Of a DNA stretch of 64,000 bases, positions 11,611 to 26,186 are shown in pieces (the first letter of the stretch is position 1; every line of letters starts with the position of its first letter). Source of the DNA: Eledone cirrhosa (lineage: Eukaryota); contig OZ024755.1 of the NCBI GenBank assembly GCA_964016885.1, forward strand, positions 37,386,001 through 37,450,000, read 5' to 3'. Under the pieces are notes generated by a model. It was not told the origin of the DNA, did no database searches, and saw only the letters and a program-made list of their open reading frames with translations. The translations under genes were made by a program, and so were the position numbers.

Positions 11611-11659
<49 letters not shown>

Positions 11660-12298
11660 TGTTTCCTTGGCTCTTTTTCTCTTTTGAAGTGTAAACTGCA
11701 ATTTTGTTATATCGCTTTTTGCAAAAGAACAATAAATGTTTGCTCTTAGACCCAAGTCTACTGACGAGAATTAGCTGAGGGTGGGGAGGTCCAAAATTCT
11801 ACTCTTTTTACTGTTTTGTCACAAAGGAGAGGGCTTCACCCATCAACCTTTGTATTTTCATGGCACGCGAGACTGGGGCAAAGAAGGTAAAATATCATTT
11901 TGAAACTATAATCCAGGATAAAAGACAGAAATATCAGGTGGTAGTGTTAAATCGCCAAACACATTAAGTGTGCTAGTGCTACACAAGAATTCATAGCTGA
12001 AACAACCGGGAAAATATCACAAGACATTTTATGTTCAACTCGGGGATGTATTAAGTTTATCATTCATGTAGTCCACAGTGGGATTTGATCTCAGAACACA
12101 AAAGCCTGAACAAAGACAAGACATCTCTTTCGACACTCTAACAATTCGGTCAGTCCATCCATCATCTTGGACTGGTACTTTAATTACCCGAATGAAACCT
12201 CACCGGGATTTGAACTCAGTGCGAAAAAATCCTGATAAACCACCACTTGGTATTTCCCTTCGCTCTCACAACTCAGCTTATTTGTCAGCACAATATTA

Positions 12299-12490
12299 GA
12301 CATGTCATCTCTCCCCGTCAGACAGGGAGATCTTCCACTCACTTTGGGATGGGTTAGAGATGTCTCCAATTTTGAAAATGGGTATAGCTTTCATTATGTA
12401 AAATCTCCCCATTTTGCCTCATGTCTCCCAGTTTTGGGGCACTTTTTTTCAAGGTACTCCCCGTTTGGGTTTTAAGAGGTTGGCAGGTCG
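12299..12490. mobile_element. Possible old MITE
   Basis: Imperfect TIRs GACATGTCATCTCT / AGAGGTTGGCAGGTC; no clear TSD. Confidence 0.35.
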
Positions 12491-13210
12491 ACGATATACT
12501 CAATATATATAACACCTGAAAAAATGTGAGATTTTCTTGACTAGAAAGCTTTTAATCATAGATCGGTTTGATCAGGACTAACCTATGGTTAAACAACAAC
12601 AATGCTAACAACAACTATAATAGTATATGATCAAATGTTTTTAACTTGAGTGTTACTTTACTAGAGAAATGCATTAAATATTAATCCAAGACGCCGAAAT
12701 TTCGATGATGAAACGTTTAGATAAAGATAAATTCTGATATAGACTACTCTAGAGCCTATTAACCTAGTTCTGTGGAACTATGTATGTATAGAGTTTCAAA
12801 TCGTGTTCATATTGCTGTTAGAAATTAAGTATATGAAAGGATATATAAGGATCGCTGAAATAACTGAAATAAACGTATATGAATAAATTCCCGTGTAATA
12901 AAACAAACGAATTTGGTGGTGTACATGTGATAGGAGAAAGAAAGCGATATTTGTCATTTATAATTGAAATTCCTTCAAGCATTTATGGAACCAATTATCT
13001 GTAATGAATGGTTTGATATTAATGTGTTGTATCGAATTCCATCAAATACTTTCGACAGGTGATTATATTATTGTAAATTACAACTGAAATATCATGAAAA
13101 TTTCATTAAATTGAATAAACAATTTCTTTAAAGTAAACCTTATAGTTCAGATAATTAACATTGATTAATTATACAATAGAGTGTTAGATTAAACATCTAA
13201 CATTATTTAG

Positions 13211-13657
13211 TCAGGTGATAGTGTGAAAACTAGTAACAGTTAAACTGAACCACGCAAGGTTCGGGTGATGGTGTGAAAATTAGTTACAGTTAAACTGAAA
13301 CACCCAAAGTTCAATTGATGGTGTTAAAATTAGTTACAGTTAAACTGAACCACCCAAGATTCAGGTGATAGTGTTCAAATTAATAACAGGTAAATTGAAC
13401 CATCCAAGGTTCGGGTGATGGTGTGAAAATTAGTTACAGTTAAACTGAAACACCCAAGGCTCAGTTGATGGTGTTAAAATTAGTAACAGTTAAATTGAAC
13501 CACCCAAAGTTCAATTGATGGTGTTAAAATTAGTTACAGTTAAACTGAACAACCCAAGGCTCAGTTGATGATGTGAAAATTCGTAACAGTTAAACTGAAT
13601 CACCCAAGGTTCAATTGATGGTGTTAACATTAGTGACAGTTAAACTGAACCACCCAA
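13211..13657. repeat. 50-bp minisatellite, ~9 copies
   Basis: Unit TCA(G/A)(G/T)TGATGGTGT(G/T)AAAATTAGT(A/T)ACAGTTAAACTGAACCACCCAAGGT at exact 50 bp period. Confidence 0.95.
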
Positions 13658-13760
13658 TAGTTCATCCAACAGTTTTAATCTTCTGCAAAATTTCATTTGC
13701 AAAGCCCGGCTCATCCGAAATCTATGCGAAACCACATGGTTCCGTAGTGTACTTCTATAC

Positions 13761-14079
13761 CAGTCAAGGGCAACCTACGGCCCGCGAAGCTTTCTGAATA
13801 GCTCGCCTAAGTCACCTAAGTGAAATCTTTCTGATTTTTTTACCCCAACAGTTCATTCGTAATTTATCTTTCTATCATTTTTACGATCGAGGAAAACAAC
13901 GTGTACGAATTCTGAAGAAACAAATCGAAACAACCTGAGTTAACGCCCTTTTTTAATGAGGGCACAATGTAAATTAGCGCTTGCGGCCCGCCTGATGATG
14001 AGCCATATCTCATGTGGCCCGCCAGATGATGAGCCATATCTCATACGGCACGCTTCTCGAAAACGATTGCCCATGCCTG
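13761..14079. mobile_element. Non-autonomous hAT (Charlie-like) DNA transposon
   Basis: TIRs CAGTCAAGGGCAA / TTGCCCATGCCTG; exact 8-bp TSD TTCTATAC (13753-13760, 14080-14087); subterminal GGCCCG motifs. Confidence 0.85.
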
Positions 14080-14694
14080 TTCTATACCATGGTTTCACCC
14101 ATTAATGAACATCAAAAAAAGTCAAACATTTTCCAATGTGATATATTTACACGTACTACATTAACAGCAAAAACACTGTAAAATTAGTAAGTGTTTCTAT
14201 GGCTTGTATTTATTGCCTTCATTCCTCCAACGGTTCTTTAAATTGCTATAAAAATGATTTAATCAGCGAGGTGTCTCAACTAATTTTAACACCACCGCCA
14301 TTATTACATCAAAATGGACTTCATATGAATAAAACATTTCCGCGTGAATACTGCTTGATACATACTCTTAAACGGAAATTACGCACTTAATATATGATTC
14401 AATTTCCTCTACGTGAGAAATTAATAGATATTGTATGGGCATTTTTTTCTTTCATTCTTCGCTGTTTACTCAAGTAATTTAATAATTCGCCATTGTTATG
14501 CGATATCTTTGATAACCAATAGTTTTCTTCAAGTCATTTTGCATACCATCAACTTTATATTTTTTCTGTTTAATTATTTAACGTATAATTTACATAAAGT
14601 TGATGTGCACCTATATTACCTAAACTATAAGTTCCATTCCTCTAATTTCATTACCGTTTCTATTTCCTTATAACATTATCTCACCTATTTTCGC

Positions 14695-14730
<36 letters not shown>

Positions 14731-14920
14731 TAATTCTTTTCTTTAAGTAATGGAATTGTATATTCCATCAATCCATTAATGCGTAGCAGTATTTTATAGC
14801 AAATATTGATGAATTCCGTTTGTTAAAACAATTTTGCATATGTTTAACATGTAAACATCTGTTGACTTATGAGACATCGAGGAAATTAGAAATGGGGTTG
14901 TTCCAATGCAAATGACTATA

Positions 14921-15113
14921 GTAATTGTTTCTACTTTTGGCACAAGGCCAGCAATTATCCCAGTGCATTGCTGGTACTTTATGTTATCGATCCCGTAAGG
15001 ATGAAAGGCAAAGTTAACCTCGGCGGGATTTGAATTCAGATCATAAAGGGCAGTAACTCTATGCTGCAAAGCATGGCGTCCGACCCTCTACTGATACTGC
15101 CAATCCACCGCCC
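14921..15113 (-). mobile_element. Main-family SINE, full length
   Basis: Consensus match with A- and B-boxes. Confidence 0.92.
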
Positions 15114-15529
15114 TCAACGTTAATAATAAAAATGATTTCGTTATTGGTCACTAGGGCCCTCATATAGGGGAACAATACAAAAGCAGGGACAGTTGGGCTT
15201 TACAATAACATCGAATAAAAATATACAAAACAATTAACAATCAACATATATAAAATTATATAAAAATATAAAATATATAAAATATAACAAAATAAATACC
15301 CCAATAGGGGGGGGGGGAGCAACCACTCCGTGTCGACTTGGTTACCCCACCCATCCTGAACCACCCGACGCTTTGAGGGCATCCGGAAAGAGTACCCCTC
15401 ACCTCCTCAAATTAACCAGCCTTTAGGCGCATGTTCAGAGTAGGCTCATTCACATGGGCCTTTCTCGCCACCTTTTAACAAATGTACTGGGGGGGGGGGG
15501 GCAGTAGTTATCTCTCCACCTTCACCTTC

Positions 15530-15630
15530 TATTCCGTAAAGGATTGATTCTACTGTGGCTTTGAATACCCTGATTTTGGTGGAGCGATTGATTGGTGCTG
15601 TCCAGATATTACGAAGAGGGTGGATAGCTC
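15530..15630 (-). pseudogene. RTE-clade LINE ORF fragment
   Basis: LRNIWTAPINRSTKIRVFKATVESILYG. Confidence 0.7.
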
Positions 15631-15737
15631 CGTTCTGCATCTCTAGAATTATAACTTTTTTCGAATTTACAACTTTCACAAACATTGATAAAAGAGATCC
15701 TGCTAAAATATCAACAGTAAAGGTCTACTCACCATCA

Positions 15738-15965
15738 TAGGTGCTGAGTTGGCCAGCCTCAGGTGTGAGCCTCGCCAGATGGAATGGCTTTTCCAGCGCA
15801 TCTCCCTTACCATCCTCCGGGGAAACGCCTTCTCCATTTTGTCCGCCAGGGCTGTGGGGCAGCCAGCATGTGGGGCCTCATTTGCTCACTATACAGAGAG
15901 ATGGCGAGGCCGAGAGAGATGGAGGTGATATCAGTGGGAGTTCGGCTCTTCCGTGTTAGGACACA
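15738..15965 (+). mobile_element. CRE-like (restriction-like endonuclease) non-LTR element 3' end
   Basis: Frame reads GAELASLRCEPRQMEWLFQRISLTILRGNAFSILSA, matching the LFQRIS..I.RGNA terminal motif of RLE-type elements. Confidence 0.7.
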
Positions 15966-16244
15966 TTGCACCTGTCAAGAGTATATTTTCATACTTTTGA
16001 CAAACATTAGACATTAATTAAATGTCATTTTATTCCCATTACCATTTGATTTTGGGTTTCAATCTCACTGTTTGGTACATTCTATACGTGTCCTCCAGTA
16101 AAGATCTTATTAGTTTGCTAAGTTTACCCAATAAGGGTGGGGGAACCAAACAGGGGCGACTCAGTTTCCCTACCAATCCTGAACCACCTGACGCGTCGAG
16201 GGCATCCGGGAATGGCATCCTGTACCTCATTATTCTGTAAGTTT

Positions 16245-16752
16245 AGCAAGGAATATATTTCAACAAGAACAAGGAAGTACTAACATCAAAACGAGGTTCC
16301 TATCATTTGAAGGCTAAGATCTTTGATACTTACATCCTACCAGTTGTGTTATATGGTCTTGACTGTGTTAATTGGACGACAAGGTCACTTCAGAAGCTCT
16401 CTACATTCCAGAACCACATCATGAGACTTATGACTGACAAGCAACTCAGCGACCATATCTGTATCAGTGAGCTGCTCAACATTACCAAACTTAGACCAAT
16501 TACATCAATTGTCAAGTCAAGAGTACTCAAACTATACGGCCATATAATAAGATCAACTCGTGGTGTGAGTAGGTTATGCCTGGAAGGAAGGTTGGCTGGT
16601 AAGAGAAGCAAAGGCCGGCAGCCAAACGATGGCTTGACAATGTCAACTTATGGACTGGACTTGACCTTTGCTGCTGGTGATCGAACTTTGTGGAAAGAGA
16701 TATCACATGTTAATGCGCAGTCTGCAACTGGCGGAGTTTAGCGTCACAAGAA
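16245..16752 (+). pseudogene. RTE-clade LINE 3' end
   Basis: KIFDTYILPVVLYG...LKLYGHIIR...LEGRLAGKRSKGR-P-RW (frameshift). Confidence 0.88.
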
Positions 16753-16880
16753 GATATTTTCTACCCCATTTTGTAGGACTATATAATAAAACAAAAGTAT
16801 ATTTTGTACAAATATCTTTTACATGTTAAACATCCACATTGTGTGATGATTGCTCTTTTCATTTCTTTCTTTGAACGAAC

Positions 16881-16920
<40 letters not shown>

Positions 16921-17099
16921 AGATATACATATACACATATTTGAGTATAAGTAGCTTAACATTCATATTAGTATTGTTTTTTTTTGGGGGGGGGGGTATT
17001 TATACATATATGTGTGTGTGTGTGTGTGTAGGTAGATAAACATGTGTACATGTGGGTCAATATGCACGTATGGGTGTGTGGAGAGAGAGTGTGTGTATT

Positions 17100-17160
<61 letters not shown>

Positions 17161-17559
17161 CATTTTCAATTGTAGCGGAAATTATCTACTTGATACATAA
17201 AGAAATGAAAGAATTTTAATACTGGTACACACATAAGGCCACGTTTTTTGTTTCATAAAACTCATACATAGAAAATGGGGAACTCTCGTTTGAAATATAA
17301 ACAAGATACGAGATGTTGTAAATAAGTGAAACGAACACGGAATGTTAAAGAAACAAAGGAAGAACGAATGGTTTCCTTCAGACAATATATCACTGATGCA
17401 CGATTTTATATTCAATGAACTCAAAAGACGTTGGCTAGAATTCGTGTCACGATGATTGACAATAGATCATTGAAGTAAATATATACATACGTATATATGT
17501 GTGTGTGTGTGTATATACATTTGTTTATATATATATAGGTGTGTGTGTGTACATATATG

Positions 17560-17595
<36 letters not shown>

Positions 17596-17637
17596 TGTAT
17601 GTATATATACACGTGTGTGTGTGTGTGTATACATGTG

Positions 17638-17691
<54 letters not shown>

Positions 17692-17693
<2 letters not shown>

Positions 17694-17903
17694 GGAACGA
17701 GTAGGACCCCGACGGCTGAGGTCAAGCCGTTTCGACGGCTAATTCTGGACTAAAAAGCAGTCGAAATTTAGCTAAATTAGCCGTCGAAACGGCTTGAGCT
17801 CAGCCGTTGGGGTCCTACTCGTTCCTATGACCCACTCTACTACCTTAGTATTGAGTACTTTGGTGCGTTATGGTCCATCTGGTTCCTTACCACATTTCCT
17901 TCG

Positions 17904-17906
<3 letters not shown>
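17692..17906 (+). mobile_element. Fold-back PLE-type repeat with hammerhead 3' half
   Basis: 53-nt arms 17692-17744 / 17775-17827; GAAA-CGGCT..AGCCG-TT helix III; family copies at 25928-26070, 38116-38285, 41013-41196. Confidence 0.75.
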
Positions 17907-17939
<33 letters not shown>

Positions 17940-17995
17940 TGCCAATACTGGAATTGAACTATCAAGACCCTTGAGGTATGTCATACATCAGTTCA

Positions 17996-18063
17996 TGTAT
18001 TTTATCTGACGAGGACGTACTGAATAAACAGCACAGTACCTTCGGAATATATATAATAAAACA
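17996..18063 (+). ncRNA. Degenerate hammerhead (family of 3844/24583)
   Basis: TTTTAT-CTGACGA-GGACGTACTG..CAGTACCTTC-GGAA-TATATA-TA-ATAAAA; GAAA mutated. Confidence 0.55.
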
Positions 18064-18201
18064 TATATGTTGATTATGTGAATGTCTTCATTTATTATTA
18101 TTCTGAATAATAATAACTCCAGAAAACATTTTTGTAGAGTGCTTTTAATCTATTGTAAAACTATATTCATTGAGTAATCAATGAACAATATTAATCTTTG
18201 G

Positions 18202-18265
<64 letters not shown>

Positions 18266-18483
18266 ATATAGTGTATTTTGCAATATACTGTATGCTTAAT
18301 TAAAAGCATTTCGAAGACCTTATGCTATTGTTTTAGAGCTGTGACAAACTCACTTACTTTAATTTTCAGCAAACAAGGGGAGATAAAGCTGACAAGGCCT
18401 TGTTTCGCATTTATTGATGCTTATCAAATATATATATATATATATATGTATAGAAGTAGTTCCACAACAGTTAGTTCACCATA

Positions 18484-18523
18484 CTGAGAACAAATGTTTC
18501 ACCTTTTGCGGATCCTCAGCTAG
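18484..18523 (-). ncRNA. Hammerhead copy (family of 7806)
   Basis: CTGAGGA-tCC gcaaaa GGt-GAAAC-ATTT-GTT-CTCAG. Confidence 0.5.
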
Positions 18524-18564
18524 ATCTGAATAAAGTTGTACGGAAAAACTCTTTTTCCGTACAA

Positions 18565-19745
18565 CTTCTTGACTTTGCGAAGACTTTTGACAAGATCGAC
18601 CTCGGAATATCTCACAGATTACACAGACTCGGCATAACTGGAAAAGTAGGTGAGTGGCTTAAAAGACAGAAGCCAGACAGTTGCAGCCAATGGGGCCCTC
18701 TCAAAGGAAACATCAATAACAAGTGGGTTGCCCTCCGGGCACAGTCTTGGGAACACTACTGTTTTTGGTGGCTCTCTCAGACATGCCCTCTGTAGTACAT
18801 ACAACATCCCTCACTAACTATACTGATGACACAAAGGTAACACAAGCAACCAAAAACCCGGCTGATGCTGCCCTTTCACAACAAGATCTGGATGCCATAT
18901 ACAAACGGGCTGAGAAAAAGAACAAGTAATTTAATGCTGGAAAATTTCAAGCCCTACAATACCAGCCAGCAAACACAAATACAATACAACACAGCTACAC
19001 TGGACCAGGAAGGATCGAAATTCCCGTGTCGAAATCGATACGAGACCTGGGGATAGACATGAGTAGCGATGCATCTTTTTCTTCACACATCATGAGGGTG
19101 GCGACAATGTGCAGACGACTCGCTGGCTGGATCTTAAGAACTTTCCGGACAAGAGACCTAGACACCATGTTGACACTATGGAGGAAATTTGTCCTAAGCC
19201 GCCTGGACTATTGCTCCCAGTTGTGGTCACCCCATACTGTCAAACTAACCACGGAGCTTGAGGCAATCCAACGAAGCTACACCAAGAGGATTGCTACGAT
19301 GAAGAAGATAAGCTACAGGGAGAGTCTAAAAGAAGTGAACCTCTACTCCTTGGAACGAAAACGGGAGAGATACGCTTTGATATACATATGGAAATTCCTG
19401 GAGAGACTAGCACCAAACTTTGGCATTGGGAGCTGGACCAATCCCCGAACAGGACGTCACTGTGTCGTGTCTTCCACATCTAGAATAAGGACCAGATATT
19501 GCAATAACCTGGGGTTCAAACTCTTTAACAATCTGCTAAGGGATTTGAGAGATCTGCATGGTGCGACGTGGATGTTTTCAAGAAGCATCTCGACATCCTG
19601 CTATCCAGGATCCTGGATGAGCCCACAGCAAGGTACGAAGGTAACCTAAGGGCAGCAGCAACGAACTCCCTCTTACAGCAATGGCCAGCCAACACAAGCT
19701 GGAGATAGAATGTGTAGCAACAAGGGCATTACCCCAGCATGGCCT
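18565..19745 (+). pseudogene. CR1-group LINE reverse transcriptase and C-terminus, frameshifted
   Basis: DFAKTFDK; GCPPGTVLGTLLFL; YTDDTK; QQDLD; IRDLG; SRLDYCSQLWSP; LEAIQR; LYSLERKRER. Confidence 0.92.
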
Positions 19746-19773
19746 CAGCCAGATGGTTGGAACAGATAAAAGG

Positions 19774-19812
<39 letters not shown>

Positions 19813-19893
19813 AGAGGGGGGATATATACAGAGAGATAGAAATAGAAAGGGGTGATATGTATGTGTGTGTATGAGTGTGCAAACTATATACAT

Positions 19894-20067
19894 ATAATTG
19901 TTTCCACATTTGGCACAAGGCCAGCAATTACCCAGTACATTACTGGTACTTTATTTTATCGACCCCGTAAGGATGAAATGCAAAGTTAACCTCGGCGCGA
20001 TTTGAACTCAGAATGGCAAGGGGCGTAACTCTATGCTTCAAAGCATGGCGTCCGACCCTCTACCGAC
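19894..20067 (-). mobile_element. Main-family SINE
   Basis: Consensus match, slightly 5'-truncated. Confidence 0.88.
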
Positions 20068-20161
20068 TATATACTATAAACTATATACATATAATAAATT
20101 AAAATATAGGATATATGTTTCACTATATAAATAAATGCAGCAACTTATTCGGTCAGACTAA

Positions 20162-20216
<55 letters not shown>

Positions 20217-20570
20217 CTGTGTGAGTGTCTGTGTTTTCTGTGTGTCTGCGTCTGTATGTATGCGTTGTGTTTTGTCTGTGTGTTGCGTTGTGTGTGTGTG
20301 TATGTGTATGTATGTGTGTGTGTGAGCGCGTGTCTGAGTGTGTCTGCGTCTGTATGTGTTGTGCCTCCTCTGTGTGTATGTGTTGTGCCTTGTGTGAGTG
20401 TATGTATGTGTGTATTAAGGTAATGTAGGATCTATTAGCCGATGAGGGTGGTGGTGGTGGTGGTTGTGGTTGTTGTTGTGGTTCTCGCAATATTCAGTAA
20501 GGTTCCCATGAATTTATTATCTCGAAATATTAGTAAAACATCTTCTGAAATAAAGAAGTCGAAAAAAAAA

Positions 20571-20636
<66 letters not shown>

Positions 20637-20743
20637 AATGATAATAAATAATTTGATCTGAGAAAGTAAAAGTAAAATTCCGTCGACTCCACAGCAACCT
20701 CAAGGGAAATATGTCGATGTGAAACATTGTAAAAATTGCCTAC

Positions 20744-20745
<2 letters not shown>

Positions 20746-20818
<73 letters not shown>

Positions 20819-20906
20819 CTGTTTATATATGTATATATATACGGTTTATATATATGTATACATATATATACACGGTTTATATATATGTATACATATATAT
20901 ACACGG

Positions 20907-20964
<58 letters not shown>

Positions 20965-20995
20965 GGTTTATATATATGTATACATATATATACAC

Positions 20996-21044
<49 letters not shown>

Positions 21045-21111
21045 GGTTTATATATATATATATATATACGTATATATACTGTTTATATATATATATATAT
21101 GTATATATACT

Positions 21112-21158
<47 letters not shown>

Positions 21159-21160
21159 CT

Positions 21161-21221
<61 letters not shown>

Positions 21222-21234
21222 CTGTTTATATATT

Positions 21235-21270
<36 letters not shown>

Positions 21271-21384
21271 TGTTTATATATTATTTATATATATATATAT
21301 ATATACACACAGATTATATATATTTATATATACTGTTTATATGTATACATATATACACACACAGATTATATATATTTATATATA

Positions 21385-21450
<66 letters not shown>

Positions 21451-21535
21451 GTGTATGTGTGTGTGTTCTTGTATGTGTATAAATCTGTGTATGTGTGAAT
21501 GTGTGTGTATATATCCGTGTGTGTGAGTGTGTACA
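20746..21535. repeat. Compound (TA)n microsatellite with TACGGTT/TACTGTT variants
   Basis: Direct inspection. Confidence 0.95.
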
Positions 21536-21651
21536 TGCTGACTTATATATTTATCTATATAAAGAAACAGTTCTAACATGATAAGCGATATTTTAATATC
21601 TTTCCACCAAAGATTCCATGATTATATCACTTCTCCATACAGACATACATA

Positions 21652-21698
<47 letters not shown>

Positions 21699-21767
21699 TA
21701 TATATATATGTATACATATATATATATATATAATATATATTTATACATACATACATATATTTATACA

Positions 21768-22505
<738 letters not shown>

Positions 22506-22509
22506 GATA

Positions 22510-22942
22510 ACTTTGATAGTTTTCGGCCAGTATTGGCCCAGGCCATGTTTTATTTCATAACACCACCTGGCAAAGCCTTTCAAATCAAGATTTGGACACC
22601 ATGGCCCAATCAAGTAGAGTGATTGTTTACGGAGGTATATCCGGATGTAGGAGTATCCGGTATTTCTTGTAGGAATTTGTCCAAAGACTTCTTGAATTTG
22701 ATGGGGTCTGTTTCTGCTTTAATGGGTTTTGGTGGAATGTTAGAGAGCGGGGCCAATTGAGGTGAATTAATTGTGCTGTAACGTTATGAAATGTAAAGTT
22801 TGATTTTTGTTGTGGGTGGATAGCACAGCTCAACCTTAAAGGTGATGCCAACATCATTTGGGCAATTGTAATGGAATATATTCCACATTATTCAGTTGGG
22901 CGTAATGTTGCGCTCACAGCGGCGTTGGAGCGAGCAGAGTTT

Positions 22943-22945
<3 letters not shown>
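22510..22945 (-). pseudogene. CR1-group LINE 3' end
   Basis: SLQRRCER..., NIPPKPIK..DPIKFKKSLDKFLQEIPDTP...NN. Confidence 0.7.
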
Positions 22946-22991
<46 letters not shown>

Positions 22992-22993
22992 GG

Positions 22994-23040
22994 CTTCTAC
23001 AGGACTAGAAGTGTTTCATTCGGTAGAATTCATCAGGAAA
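22994..23040 (-). ncRNA. Hammerhead ribozyme (family of 42468)
   Basis: TTTC-CTGATGA-ATTC tacc GAAT-GAAA-CAC ttctagtc CTG-TA-GAAG. Confidence 0.65.
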
Positions 23041-23123
23041 TAGTATATTGAATAGTCTATATTGTTGTCCTTTACATTCCAAATTAGATGTGAAAGTGAA
23101 GTGGAAGATTTTTTATCGGACCT

Positions 23124-23365
23124 CGATAAAAAATCTTCCACTTCACTTTCACATCTAATTTGGAATGTAAAGGACAGCAATATAGACTATTCAATATCTT
23201 GGGCAACGATTTCGAAAGGACCTGCATACCGAAATATAGCTTTCTCAAGAATCTGTCATTTGTGTATCGAGGAATTTTTTTATATAATTAACTGTCAAAA
23301 CTATTAATTTAAAAACAGAATTATTCAGTTATTGCAGGCATCGCCAAAAATCAACTTTCCGGTGT
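23124..23365 (+). pseudogene. PLE GIY-YIG C-terminal fragment preceded by its own inverted copy
   Basis: STSLSHLIWNVKD..YSISW..CHLCIEE.. then INLKTELFSYCRHRQK after a frameshift. Confidence 0.85.
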
Positions 23366-24582
23366 ATTTTTAATCTATGATACTCATTACACTTGACTAT
23401 ATCTTATACACCTTTAAAATGATTCTGTTATTTACTGAGGTTTTTCTTTTAAATTAAAACTTTCAAATGATCTTTCTTCTTAAATTTAGTATTTTTACCA
23501 ATTGATATTCTTTTCCTAATGATACTCTTCTTAATCTATTTTTTATATTTATATATATATTTTTTTTAGATTGATACTTTTAATTGACATTCTGAAAGAT
23601 ATCCTCTTTACGGTAGTTCTTCTAAATGCACTCTTGACTTATCTAATAGTACATTTTTCCTCTCTTTAATCTTCAAACTTTTCACACATCTTTCGACGTA
23701 GATAATATATAATTGAAATTCTCATCCTTGAAAACATGTAATATAAAATACCTTATAACCTCACACAAAATAATATATAATTTTCTCTACATACTTTCCG
23801 CTTTTTCTAATAAAATTATTCATCAAATTTAATAGTTTAACAAATAATATTGGAGTTATCTTTTCCTTTACAATTGAGCAAACATAGACATAATAACTTT
23901 TATGATAAATTATATAATTTCGCTAAATGTTCTGGAAATATTTTCAATGTTGGATGAAAATATTTGAATCTACAAATTGTTCTTCTCTTATAATTTTAAC
24001 TACGTCTTTTTCTTAAATATTTATGTAAAATGTAAAATCAACATCCTTCGTAACTCATATTAGAAATGTAAACAATTAATACGTGTGTTTTATTTCTATA
24101 AAATCACCAATAATACTTATACATGCACAATTATTAATCTATATAGACATTTATATACTTACAACCTGTTGCAATATAATAAGATAAAATGTACTTACAA
24201 CCATAATTCTTCATATAATTAATTGATTATATATATAATATTATAACTCATAATATAGCTAAATATTTCTTTAAATTCTGGAATCATATTCCACCATTCC
24301 TATAAACTGTTAATTCTTTTTAAATTCACGTAAATACAAGCTTTTCTTTCTTTCCCTTTCTTCTTCCTACACATACATACATATATATCCTAATAATTAT
24401 TTAAATTTACATAGCGTCTAAAAATAACGTTCTTTTTCAGCCCTATACCTCAACCTCATTTGCATATTCATCATAATAATTTGAAATATTTGACTTTTCC
24501 TCTCTTTCCCCTCTTTCCAGGAAAAACTTGAACCGTTAAGATCTCCTTCCTGGATATGTCAATATTTATAAAACAAACTTTG

Positions 24583-24643
24583 TATTTCATCTGATGAGAG
24601 CGTACCAAAGTGTTGGTACCCTTGAAATATATATAATAGAATA
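24583..24643 (+). ncRNA. Minimal hammerhead ribozyme
   Basis: TATTTCAT-CTGATGA-GAGCGTACCA..TGGTACCCTT-GAAA-TATATA-TA-ATAGAATA; ~1.2 kb downstream of the PLE fragment on the same strand. Confidence 0.7.
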
Positions 24644-25173
24644 AATATGGTTTTATACATTGATCTTATACTCCAGAAAACTTGTCGAGTGCTTCGAACC
24701 AGTTAAATATATATATTTGTTGAATTACCAACAGATTAAATATCCCTTTTGCTTAACACTTTCTCTCTACTGACCTCTTCCTCACACTTCCACCCACTCA
24801 CTCACTGTTTCTCCCCTTCTCACTTCACCCCGTTCGCGACGAATACAATTTCCTTCTTTCTTACATTTGGATTCATCTCGAAAGGTCTTTTTTCTACGCG
24901 CTCATATATTCACCCAACTTATGCTGACAGAATAACTATGTAGCTTGTGTCAATTCCTCTCTACGGTTAGCTTTCCTCTTTGTTGTTTACTTGTCTCACT
25001 CGCTTTACGCGTTTTAATTGTCCTAATAACTTAATTTAGTTATTATTGCACCGACGTGAGGTATATGATTTTTAATGCAATGAAATATCTATGATCGTTG
25101 GCAAATCACTGATGAGGGACTCATTTTATAATATGTTATCCATGTGCAACCTGCAGTATTCGTCTCCCCATTT

Positions 25174-25240
<67 letters not shown>

Positions 25241-25487
25241 AGAGGCATCTGAACAGTTTTTATTCAGCAAATTATATTCACAACTTGAAGCTGTAAGAAA
25301 AGATTACACATAACATCACGTGGCTATGTCAAACTGGAAGATATATGGCGGGAAGTCGTATTTCATCACGTCTTTTCTATAAAAACTTAACAAAAGTAAC
25401 AAGCGTATTGCTGAGTAAAGCTTTTGAAGTATCTCTGAAGAGCAAAATACACAGTCACCTATACACTCACATAGTCACATATACACT

Positions 25488-25521
<34 letters not shown>

Positions 25522-25525
25522 CACT

Positions 25526-25571
<46 letters not shown>

Positions 25572-25883
25572 CACTCACACACACACACACATACATATAT
25601 ATATATACACTCACACACACACACATATATATATACACTCACACACACACACATATATATATATATACACTCACACACTCATATATATATATACACTCAC
25701 ACACACACACTCATATATATATATATACACTCACACACACACATATATATATACTCACACACACACATATATATATACTCACACACACACACGTATATAT
25801 ACACTCACACACACACATATATATATACTCACATATATATATATATACTCACATATATATACACTCACATATATATACATATA

Positions 25884-25927
<44 letters not shown>

Positions 25928-26070
25928 TAACGAAGGAAATGTGGTAAAGAACCAGGTGGACCATAACGCACCAAAGTACTCAATACTTAGGGTAGTAGAG
26001 TGGGTAATAGGAACGAGTAGGACCCCGACGGCTGAGCTCAAGCCGTTTCGACGGCTAATTCTGGACGGCT
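25928..26070 (-). mobile_element. PLE-type repeat (family of 17692)
   Basis: Reverse complement of 17775-17906, ending in helix II. Confidence 0.75.
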
Positions 26071-26086
26071 TGTGTATATGTGACTA

Positions 26087-26138
<52 letters not shown>

Positions 26139-26154
26139 TAGTCACATATACACT

Positions 26155-26186
<32 letters not shown>

